Origin: Adineta vaga
Lineage: Eukaryota; Animalia; Rotifera
Length of the DNA: 64,000 bases
Direction: 5' to 3'
Assembly: GCA_021613535.1 (NCBI GenBank)
Contig: CP075496.1
Coordinates: 5,332,001-5,396,000, forward strand
The notes beneath the pieces were generated by a model that saw nothing but the letters and a program-made list of their open reading frames with translations, did not search any database and had not been told where the DNA came from. A program made the translations under genes and the position numbers. Below, one piece after another: positions 41,906-54,900 of the stretch; the first letter of the stretch is position 1; each line of letters begins with the position of its first letter.

Positions 41906-44900
41906 TCTCGCATTCTATAACTCGCTTTTAGGCGAGGATATTGAAATAATATAAATTAACAAATAAATACACTTTGTCGACGAATAATCTAAAAAATAAA
42001 CGAAAAATTTAGTTCATTTTTATGGTATAAATCTTTTTGTTTGAATAATAGTCTTCATCAATTACTTTTTTTTTCTTTTACTTTACTATGTCTCCCCTTG
42101 CTTTTTTATCATGTATTCTACTCCCAACATCATCATCAGAGTAAACGTGTCAAGCATTAGATAGAAGAGAACATGCGCGTGTCCATACCTAGCGTAAAGA
42201 CATGATGATGGCGACGATGATGTTACGAACATAGAAAAAGAAGGAGAAAAAAGAGAGTAAGAAAAGAAAAATTTGGCAACTACCAATGTAAATAGTTGTG
42301 TATATGACTCATTGCGCGTATATGAATGTTAGTACTTTTTTTTACCTATTTATCGAATAAAACAGATGGATATTTAAGCAATTATTAATGCACTGATTAT
42401 TACGTATGATATAATCGATTTGACGTTGTCTTTTGTTTACAATATTTTGTTCTTTCTACTTTCACAGTCATTGTAGTACCCTAAATGAATATGACGTTGT
42501 TCGTCATGCAATGTTATTGACGAGCAAAATATAGTTAGAGAGAAAAAAACAGGTCACCAAGTTTTCCAACCACTAAACTGTGTTTATGTTAAAAATGAAA
42601 CTAAAAAACTTGTAGAGAATTTATGAATAAAAAGCGATGATCTGCTAATAATATTTAAATGTCAAGCATATATTCTCATCTCGTTTTCTGACAATGACAA
42701 AAGCAGTAAGAGCGAAATAACTGTTCCAGGAACATCTAATTAAAAAGAAAAAAAGGAAAAAGACATCGTGTAACAAACAGAAGAGAAAATGTTCCAGAAA
42801 CGATGACAGAATAAAATAAAACAAATGAACTGACAAGTTCTTAAATGATGTCTTTCTGACTCAAAATCTTGGACGAAGAAAAAGAGAACTTTCTCAAACT
42901 TCTTCATTCATGCCGTATTTCTTTCAATCATACACATATGGTTTCTCGCGTAACAAGCACAAACAAACGTGCTCGTTTCTTATGTTACTGTCGTAAACAT
43001 GGATCAAATTGACGACTTCTTTTTTTTCCATCATCATCATCATCTTACTGATAACCTATCGGTCTACATACAATACATTAGTATCAGTCAACATAAGACA
43101 TCGACGTTTTCTAGAATAAATATAAAGGTTCATTTGGATTCAAATGTTTAGAAATATATCTATATGAAGAATAAAAACACAATTATATTTTACAATGACC
43201 TTTTAGACCTGTGCATGACGAAAGATCTCGATAGATTTTCAATGAGATGATTATTTTAAAGAGGATATTAGTTTTAAGGAAGAAAACGAGACTTAACAAC
43301 TGACAAGAATAAAGACGGATGAGAAGCAATCTACTCATGTGACACATACTTAATTAAAAGACTCATATTATGAATATTTATTTATGAAACTTGACAGTCT
43401 CTAATGTATTAGTTACGATGATACTATTTATGATCTTGATCATATGTATACTTTTAACAGATGAATTTCGAATAGAATTCATATATCTTTTAGGTTTCTT
43501 TACATTGATAACTTATATATATATATATATATATGTATATAGAAATGTGACGAAAAGTTCTTCTAGGAAATCTATTTTCTAGTTTATAGGAGAAAAACAT
43601 AGAAGTTAGATGTCATTATTCAATTGAAAATCAATAAGTATTATTTCCATGTACTTAAATTAAACTGATTGTATTAATCTTGAAAATGATCGAAATTTCT
43701 ATTTCTTTTGAAGAAAAAGAAACTACATGAATTGAAATAAATACCTTTGTATTTGTATGAATAAAGTTGAATAGAAAAAGAAAAACCTTCAATAATAATC
43801 GCAAGTAATAGAACTCGATAAATGATAATATAATAACATGAATTTGAACTGAAGAAATGTAATTATTTGAAGAAATCGAATATGATTTGAATGTTCTGAA
43901 AAAAGACACAAACAACATACAATGTGTGAACTCAACGTCAGTAAATATGTAAGAAAGAGAATGAAGAGGAGAAAAAAAAAGTCCGCCTCGAACAACACAC
44001 GTGTGTATGCTTGGTAGTGATGATCATAGTGTGCGAATATAAAGCACACTCTTGGTCTGTTTCATGTCCTTCTTCTTTTTTCCCCTTCTACATTGCCCGC
44101 TTCGTCCCTACACTTATACACATACTCCCTCCCACCATCAGTTGCGCACCCTTATTCGCATTTTTTTTCTACTCGCATATGCGTGCCCGACAGCTCTCGC
44201 ACACGAAGCAAAAGCGCGCTTGTTTTTTCCTTTTCTTCTTCGTCTGTTTCTCTCTTCTTTTTCTTTCTTTCTCTCGCGCTTTGCTATGCGACCTTATGAT
44301 CGAATACGACGTCGAACAAGTCTGTTACTACCGCTTTTCAGAGTAAGAAAAAAAAAACGGAAGACAAGGATGCCATGTCTGCATAATCATATTTAGGTCA
44401 TTGACTACACTGACGACACGATAACGATGACAGTAGCAGAAGAAAAAAAATAAGAGGAAACAAATACAGTGTAAAATAACATTTCTTAGATAATAGATAT
44501 AATTGAATAAGTACGATTATATTAACAATATATCGAAAAAGAAATGTATACAATAAAACTTAGACAGCTGATGGCTACATGCCAAGCCATCACGACCGGT
44601 ATGAGTCATGCATCATTGTTTCTTCGTTCTTTTTTCTTTTTTTTTCTTTTTCTATTCACATTCCCTCGAACGATTGCACTACGATCTCTTTATATTATAC
44701 TAAACACAACATCTATTACTACCTCGATAGACATGCTTAAATATATATATATATATATATATAAATGCACGTTAAACGTCACGCATATATAGTTGTAGTG
44801 TGCATTATCGAGGTCATACATGGAAAAGAGAAAAAGAAAACAGCTGTTTAATAGAAAATACGCAAATACGTTCTATTCATGTGGTGTTTTCTCTATATTA

Positions 44901-47249
44901 GTATTTGAGAAAAGTAATATATTAAATATTTACTTTTCTAATTAAATACATATTAACCTCAATCAATGATTGTATGAATATGAAATGATTTGCATACGTG
45001 TTAAAAAATAAAATATATATTTTTGTACTGAAGAAGCTATGTTATATATCATGTAAAGCAGTTATTTATCCATATATACACCTGAAGCTGACGTTGATTT
45101 TCGTAATCATTCTATAAAATCATTTATGATTGACAGTAACTTGAATAAGAAAATAAAAAGACGAAATATGTAATGAAGAACTAATAGAAGAAAATACGGC
45201 GTTTTATAATTAGAAAAAACAAGAACGGAAGCAATATAGATTTGAGATATGAATAAGTATGCATGTCATCAGCAGGAATTTTTCTCTTAATTAAAAAGAA
45301 AAACTTATTATGAATTTGTCAATGTTTTTATTTGGAAAATATCGATGTGATTGTATCGTTTGTGAACACTTGATTATAAGTAGATCTTAAAATGGTCTCA
45401 ATTACTTCTTTCATAAATATTGTTTGCCTATATAATTGAACAGTTATTTCTTCTATCGCGATTAATTAAATTTCATTTCAAGGAAATTAAAACTAAAACA
45501 CCATAATTCCGTATATCTGTAAGATTTAATTATCCAAAATGCCTTAGTCGTTATTCACAGAATTACTTTTGGATTCGTATTTTACCATTCTTAGAATAAC
45601 GTGAAATAATTTTTAATCAAACCACTATAAATTCGAACTATTTTATACGTTTATCATAGCAAAAATACTAAGATTCTTGTAGAAAAATGAATGATAGTGA
45701 TTCGAGATTATGTCTCTGTATATATTTCAAACGATTTTGAATATAATATTAGACTCTATATTTAAGAGATGAACACATTCATCAAATATTAAATTATAAA
45801 TCTTCTATTAACCATATGTAGAATGATATTTAATCTACAGATAATATTATAATAGTTGGAGAAATGATATTTTTAATCATATATAGATAGTCGGTACATA
45901 GTTGAACTTAGAGTTTATTTTTAGTTCATTCGTGTAACTAAATTTGGCTTATGAGAATACTTTGAAACTCAAACGACGCAATAGGAAAATAATGTAACGT
46001 GTTAAAGTAAAATCATTGTTAAAAAACAAGTGGAATGTTTTTTGTACTAATATTAGAACAGCTGGTTTCTATTGCATTTTTATTGCATACGAAAAAAAAA
46101 GTACTAATGGTTTACATATTCATATACATTGCTCAGATATTTTCGTTTTCATTATGTTAGTAATAAGTAAAACCATTCGAGCACAAACTAGATCATTTAT
46201 ACAGAAATACATTCTTTAGTGATGAATGCCATCTAATCATAAATGATGTTGTATTAGGTAAAATAGCAGTTGGTATCATTTGGTTTATCGAACTATATAA
46301 TTTTCCCTTCCAATAGATATTTATTTGTCACTGTAATTGTTCATGCCATGTCATGATCTGAATAGATTCTGTCTCTTATGATCCTATTTCATATGCAATA
46401 CAATTTAGATGCATTGTTTCAGAATTAACGTAAGATAAACGTCAAATTAACAAGAAGCAGACAAACAGGTTAATGATTATATTTTACAAGAAAAGAAACA
46501 ATCAGGTTACAGAACTATAGCTAATAAATTATAAAAATGTTTCGATTAACTATATGAATGTAGTATAATAATCTTCTAAATCTCTTTCAAATCTGATTAC
46601 TTCACTCAGAAAGAATATAAAGATTGAGGAACAGAAGACTGGAAATAGATTACTTGAAAATTTCCCACCGATATTATCATAAGTGTGAATAAAACATTGC
46701 TATAACATTCTTGAATATTAAACAAACAAATATTTTCGAAAGAATTTAATTTATCAATGAATATTCAAAAGGATTCTACAGATATTGATAATCGCTATCC
46801 GTCTGATGCAATTCATTTATTAATCTAAATTTCAATCAAAAGACATTTCTTTTGATTTAACATACAAAAATAACACAAAAGTAAAATGAACGCGAGAAAA
46901 AGAAGAAAAAACTGACCATCAAATGAAAGAAAAGCAAATCAAATGAAAAGAAAAAGCTAAATAAACAACTGACAAAGTTAATAAAACAAAAACAATAAAC
47001 TAAAGGAAAAAAAAACTTTCTCCTCTCAAAAAAAGCCATCCTATGAAACAAAGTATTTTACAACCGGTAGAATAATTCCCGTGCGCATTGAAATCAATTA
47101 TCCTTCATTCTCAAAGATGGACATCTTAATGCGCAGATAGAATTATTTGTTATTATTGTTTTTCTTTTACATTAAGGAGAATGTATGATAATGCATATGC
47201 TTGTTTATAAATGTGTATTTCAAATGATCGAAAGTATCTACATGAAAAA

Positions 47250-48916
47250 TTAAACTTTCTTTTTATGACCACGAAATAGTCGTTCAAAAACGTTCATTTT
47301 TTTGTTCGTATCATGTTTTTCATTAGGAAAGGAAAGTTCACTTAGGATATTTTCTGTTGATGATTTCAAAGTGTTGTTTGTCGTTGAAAGTTTCTTATTC
47401 ATCTCATTTTCATCATTTACTGTCGTATAACTACTATCACCTGATGGTGAACGTGATAAACGTGGCAATTGTTGTGTTTGTTGTGATTCTTGTTGTGATT
47501 CACCATTATAGACGGATACAGTCTCATTTGTTGGAGTAGTAGATGGTGATGGAGCACCACCCGGTCGTTTACTTTCATTTTTAGCTGGTGAAAAAACGGA
47601 TACTGGAATTTGTCGTCGTTGAGTAGGAGGAGAAAGAAGACGTTGGTCATCGGATCGTTTCGATGATCTAAACATAATTAACGAATATATGAATATTGGG
47701 AAAATAGTTTAATGATGCAACACTTCAATTCTATTCATTAGAGATTCTGTAAAATTTCTTTAATTTGTATATGAATCATTTTAATTGAGAGAATGTGAAA
47801 CTTTCCTTCTTACCTGTTAAGATCAGTTCCAGATGCATTGAAATCTCTTCTATAAATATTCGCTGATGTTGATGTTTTCGTTCGAGATATAGCAGCAGTA
47901 ACAGATGATGTTGATGCTGATGTTTGAATATTATTATTGTTAGCATAACGATTTGATGTTCTTGGTTTATTATCAAGTATTTTCGGTTGATAATTATCAT
48001 TAGTCGATAAGTTTTCATCATTTTCTGTATCAACTAAATTTCCATTGACTCCTCGTGTTCGATTTCCATTAGCATGTTTCGTATGTGTTGAATGATTTCC
48101 ATTAGGTACACGCTTATTTAATAGCAGTCGTTCGGAATTTGTATAGCGAGGTGCTGATGGAACACGTGGCGGTGGAGCATTATACCGAGATTGAGTCGAT
48201 GTAAATTTTGATGATGGAATTGTTGGAGCATTATGATCATCGTAATCATTCGTTGCACGATTAGCATTTTGAATTCGATTTTGTGCAATTTTTAATCGTG
48301 CACGACCATCAACAGATCTTGAACGTTGACATTTACTTAAATTACTTGTTGGTGAAGTTATTGATTCTTGATTATTGTCTGTTGTTATAGAATCATCTAA
48401 ATCAATTTCATGTGCTTTTAATTGATTTGTTTTGTTATGTTGTTGATCATGTTGACGTATATTTTTATTTGTTATATTTGCACATAAATTTGTACTTGAT
48501 TTTGATAATGATGATTTCGTTGATGTATGGGAAAGACGATGAAAAACGGAATCACCTGTTTGACTGCCATTACTTGGCGTTGTTCGACCTTAAAAATAAA
48601 ATGATAATGGAATGAAAATTTTTCTTTGGTAGGTTTTCTAAAATTCTTACCTGATGGCAATTCTGAATTATCTGGTGAGATTTTTTTATTCTGTTGAATA
48701 TTTGTTCTGGGAGATGTAGGTGGTAATCGTTGTTGTATTAAACGTATTTGATTGATACTATCGGATGATGTGGTACTAGATGTTGATTGAGCACGATGAC
48801 GTAAATATTCTTCTTCTTGATATTGATGGAAAGAATCTGATGGCATCAAATGATGATTGGTAGGTCGAAATCCATTTATTGTAGGTGGATATCCATAATG
48901 AATATATCCATTATTA

Positions 48917-48955
<39 letters not shown>

Positions 48956-51900
48956 GTATTAACATTATCAGACTGATATTCTTGTTGTTCATGAAAGAGC
49001 TCACGATGTAAACGGGGTGGAATTACTGGTGGTTCATCAGTATAATTCACATAAGGACTTACCGATGGATATGGATTTTGAGAATTAGCAAATAGAGGAG
49101 TTGTATAACCATTTCCAATGTTTGTACTATCATGATAAACGTCATCATGACGTATTTGTCGACGACGTCCAATTATTGATTGATAGCCAGTATTTACACC
49201 AGTTGCTGGTGCTAAACCACGATTATAATTCGTGTAACCATCAAAATGCTGAGGTTCAGGGGGATAAAATGAGTCCTGACTACGTTGACGTAGATATTCA
49301 CTAGAGAATTGACGTGGAAGTAAATTCATTTGTTGTTGATGCTGAGATGTATGCATCATACTATTTTGCATTTGTGAATTAAATCGTTCAAGAGCTCGTC
49401 GTACACTAAAACATTGAAGAAAGAAAATAATCTTTTTCTTTTGCTTATTTTATTTAAACTTACATAGGATCATCAGAATAGGGTGTTTGATGAGGATTAT
49501 TTGGTGTGTACATTGAAGTATACGATGGCATAGTCAATGGTTGCTGTGCAGGATAATAATTATTTGTTGAAGGATGAACAGGTGTAAATGCAGATGAAGA
49601 AGGATATTGTATGAGATTGTCATGTGGTAACATTTGTTCTTGTTGTTGTTGTTGTTGAAAATTTCGAGGTGAAAATTCTGGTCGAGTTGATTCGACAGAT
49701 TGAGTTCGATGTGGACGTGTATATTCACAACTGTTACGCTGAATATGTTTGTGTTGGTGTCGCATAATTCATAGCTGTTTCTTGTGTTCGAACAAAATTT
49801 GGATCAATTGTTTTAATAATCGTTTGTGGTAATTGCATATTTGATTCATTAAAATGGGCTTCCGTAGGCACGGATGTTTCTTGTAATGCAAGTTGATTTG
49901 ATGAATGATTGCGTTGAATTTGAGATGTATCAATGTCGTCGATAGTCGTTATTTGACCAAGAGACATTTCTCTTGATGAAAGCATATCTTCTGAACGTGA
50001 ACGTTGACGAAAACTAATAGATTGTTGTTGTTGTTGTTGTTGTTGATTAGATGTCACATATACTGGTTGTGTTGGAACATGAATTAATGGTATATCTTGT
50101 TCATTGTTCGAGTTCATATTGTCTGGAAATACTTTGGGCATATCAGATGATGTTGAACAAAAACGTTGATGTACAGAAGTATGTAATGGTTTAGAATTTG
50201 CTACTGGAAGTAATGATGGATGAGGATAACGTGGAATACGATTATCATTATTTGTTTGTAATGAACCAAGTGTATAACTATTTGTATACCATGTTTCGTT
50301 TGATTCATTAGGTATTGGTGGTGGATTTGTTGGTACAGTTCGTTTTAAATTTGTTTCAAGTCTCATTAATGCACGTCGTGTAATTGGATCTTGAATATCA
50401 TCATAATTCGTAGGTTTCGATTGAGTTAGTGTACGACTTTTTTCATCAAATCGTTCAAGAGCACGACGAATAATTGGATCTTGAAAATCTTCAGATTTGA
50501 GATTATAATCATTTTGATAAGACTGTTGTTGTTGTGGTACAGTAGAATTCGAATCATAATTTTGACGATATTCACGAAAACGTTCGGCTGTATTTAAATG
50601 AGGACGACTTGCAAGATGAAGATGATAAGGTGTGAGTAATTGTTGTTCAGGTGATATTTGTGAAATTGATGCATTTGGTGATACATTCTCAAGTGTTGCA
50701 GTTGTTTCTATTGCATTTGATTCTGAAACTTCAATATTCGGACCACTTTCATTAATGACCGGTGAGTTCGTTGTAACTAGTGGTTGTGATTCTTGTTTTT
50801 CATGGTCTTCGGAGTCTGCTATCTTCATTGTCTCGTCAGGAGTAACTAAAATCAAAATAGAACATAAGAAATTCTTGTTTTATACTACACAATTATATCA
50901 ATCATATACGAAGCCTATCTGAACATCCTTGAACTTATACTCTTTCATCATTCAACTACATCAGAATCATAAAAAGAGAAAAAAAATCATCGATTTCATT
51001 CTGATTATGTTTATTATTTTCATCTTTAGTAGATGTGATGGTAGCCATGGGTTTCCTATTACTCTCTTCGTTTCTATTCATCAAAAACGAAAGAGAGAGA
51101 GAGAGAGAGAGTAAAAGAAATCGAGAGAATATTCGATGACTGCCATTGTGATCATGATAAAGATCAATACCATACAAAGCAAATATGAACTTTTTCTATT
51201 GCTTTAAGGCTCGTTATGCACGCGTTTATGCTCTCTCACTTTCTTTTTCAAATCATCAAACAAATCTCTTTTCAATGTATGCAACTGAGCACTACTGATT
51301 GGTTAACAGATGAACACAAGGTACAAACCTTGATGAATGTTTCAAAAATGATTTATAAACATTATTGTTGAATATGAATTCTTTTTCTTTCTTTCTTTCT
51401 TTTTTTAACTAGTCTTTCATACAATATGACATATAAAAGAATTTATATTGATGTAATATTGAATAAGCTCATTTGCTCTCCAATCAACATTCTACGGAAG
51501 CAAGAGAAAGAAACGAATAGAGAAAAATGACAATAGTAGTTAGGAATAATAAAATATATACGTATATAAGTATAGCTGTTATCATTTCTTGGTAATTTCA
51601 ATGTCTAACATAAACTTTCCTAACAGCTTTAAGAGCCTTTATAAACAGCTGTTAGTCGTATACACTCACCTCGTTCATTGACATATCCAGCTATATCCAT
51701 TGGCTGTTGTTGCTCTTCGGATTGATCATGATTATCATTAGCATTAGTAGTTGTATTGAATAAATTCGGTGTCATACCAAAGCTAAGTCCGACATCATCA
51801 AGCATTGATTTACGTGGTCGAATAAATGTATCACGTTGACGTGGTGATGTCTTTGGTGTTGTCGATACTTCTTCATTCATTAATGTTGAAGTAGAAGGAA

Positions 51901-54900
51901 CTTGTTGATTGCTTTTAAATAAATTTTCTACTGATTTTCGTGGTGTTGATAATGTGCCAGACCATGATGATTTACCTTTAGTAGATGTAAAATTTGTCTC
52001 TTCGTTATTTGTTTTAGCAGCAACAGCAGCACTCATACGTTGTTCAAAACGTTGTAATGCACGTAAGGCAATAGGATCATCTTCAGGACGTCGAGTACGG
52101 TCTCCTGTAGTTGAAAACGATGATTCTAAAGTGGATGCATTTGCTAGATTACGACTTGTTTCTACAACTTGTGATAAAACTTTTTCATAACATGAGAGAA
52201 CAGGATCAAATTCTAAAGGATTCTCAGACATCATCGATGTACTTATTGTAGTTTTATTAATTGTTTGTTGTCGTTTTCTTGGTTCATCATCCGTAACAAT
52301 ATAATCAGTTGGTTCAATTAATTGATTATTTTGTGCTAAGAGAACTTCTTGTTCTTCTTCTTCATCTGGTATATCTTCAATTTCAATAGTTTTATAACGT
52401 TGGTCATTATCTTCAACATTGACACTTATCATTTTGTCTAAATCGTTTGATAAAATCTCTATTGAACAATCATTTTCAGGTCGTTGCTGATTACAAGCTT
52501 TTGCGGTTAATAATGATGTTGAGTGTTGTTCTTTTTCTTCTTGCGCGCCTAAGAGTGTTTGCGTCGGTTCGTCGTTTATTAATAACATTCCCGACGCGTG
52601 GTAATTGCGTTCAACGTTAGTGTTGTTCTTTTCTTTTACATCAACGCTATCGTCGTGATAATATGCTTCTTCTTCTTCTTTTTTCTCTTTTTCTTCTTCT
52701 TTTTTGATTTCTTTTATTAAAAACTCGTTTGTCTGTGTCTCGTTTGAATTTGTCATTGAAGAAGAAGAAGAAGAAGACGAGGAAAATGTTGAATTTAAAG
52801 CACACAAATCCGTTACGATTCCATTATTATCGTCTTTTGGTTCAATTTCAATATTTGTTTCTTTTTTCATATCTTCAATAGAAGATAAACTTAGTTCGTC
52901 TTTCATTTCGACAGTTATCGGATTGTTTGGTAATTCTGGATGACCTATGGAGGATTGTTGCATATCATCATCATTAGTTTTCTCCTCATGATGATTTATT
53001 AATGATGCTGTATCTAAATGAAATAATGATATCAATAGACAAGTAAAACGATAGATGAAAGTAGAAACTGAAGTTTTGATAGGATGTCATCAATGTGTTA
53101 GATAACTATCTATAAAATGAGCAACTATTTAATTGATGATATATCATATTGAAGACAAGTGAGTAAATGAAATCGATGTAATAGAAAGAATTTCGTTGAC
53201 CTCGTTTCTTATTTTTAATGAAATTTTAATTGAGAATAATAAAACGAAATCTCATCTTCTTCTTTTTTTCTACTACTAATTTACCATTCAACTGTGTATC
53301 ATCAATTGTGTCTGACTCTTGAACAGGAATTGTTGTTGTTGAAATTGATATTGTTTTAATCTCCTAAAAATTCAAAAGAATACAAAATATATATCCTACA
53401 GCATATAATTTATCGTTCAGATTCTTGCTAGAAAGAATACATTGAATAGTTCAATTTTGACAATAATAACGAAGACAATTACATTCTGTCTGTATTCTTA
53501 TACAAACAATCTCTTGCAAGCAATACGAAATATCTGGGTTAAACTACTGACATGATTTTGTTCGACTTCCCATCGATATACAATGAAAACTGATTTACTA
53601 TTTCTTTTCCTCCAAAAATAAATTCGTTTAAAACTTTTGATATGTCACGTGAAAGATATTGAATCTTTGATACGTTTGCTCAATTTAAGTTCATCATGCA
53701 AGCGACAATGATGTTATCCTAGAGGATTTTTTTATTCATTGAATGAAATTTGATGCAGTTGAGAAAGAAGAAGAAGAAGAAACTGAAGATAAGATCTTAT
53801 CAACACAACACGACACTCGAGGATAGTTGGAGGGTTAAATTATCTGATAATTACATATTGAACACAACGAAAGAAATTGAAAATCGAAACGATATTTTTG
53901 TTCAATGAATATGAATAATAGAGAATGCCATTAATGATAGAAACCTCATCAAAGCATATTGATATAGACATATGTAGGAATTTCTCGTGTTATGTTAATT
54001 GAACGAGTTGATTACGTAAAGTTTTCTTTTGTAGTAAAAAAGAAAGAGTAAATACCGAAAATATTTTCACACAACTCATCGAGTCTAGTCAATGAAAAAT
54101 AACAAAAAGAAATGAAAATGTTAAACTAACCTGGATTTCTGATGATATTGAAGGATTTAATATATTTGCTTTGTTAATATTATCTTCTGAAGGATTATTT
54201 ACTTCATTATTATTTAAATATTCTTTGGATTTGATCGTCGAACTATCTTTTCGTTTGATCGGTAATGGATTTAAGATAGTTGGCGATGGTAATGATGAAA
54301 ATTTTCGTCGTAAAACTGCAATAGGTGGAAATTCTACACCTAGAAATGCTTTATTTGCTGATTGATTTTGATTAGAATTGTCATTTTTTGTTGTGATAGT
54401 CCAACGTTCTTGTAATTTTTTATCACGTCGATATTTTGTTCCATTGATATTTATTGTCATCTGTTCTGCTGTCTCCATTGATGGCGATGACAATGACGAT
54501 GACATTACTTGTTCATTGCTACTAATTGTACTATGATCATTAGTTAATCCTTGACAAATGTCATTATTGCTTGTATTATCTTTTTCTTCTATAATGACAT
54601 TAGTATTATTTATTGAAGCATGTTCAATTGATGTTGATCCATCTATTTAAATAAAAGACGAATAATTAAATAGAATTGATTATTTGATGTTTTGATCACC
54701 TACGAGTATGTTTACCTGTCTTTTGAAATAATCTTAACATGATCAAATCACAAACGTTCTGTTTCTCTCGTTCTTTTCTTTCTTTCTCTCTCTCTTTCGT
54801 TCTTTTTCTTTTATATCCCTACTTTATTCGAAAAGAAAAACGCATATAAACTATTTCTTGCCTATTATGTTATTTGATCATAAGATTGCACAAATACAAC

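Noticed and set aside
42080-47060. Multiple 60-115 aa ORFs
   Set aside because: Low-complexity translations with no motifs; treated as non-coding.
49730-49737. 7-nt GTAACAG 'intron' that would restore the frame
   Set aside because: Far below a feasible spliceosomal intron size; a 1-bp indel is simpler.
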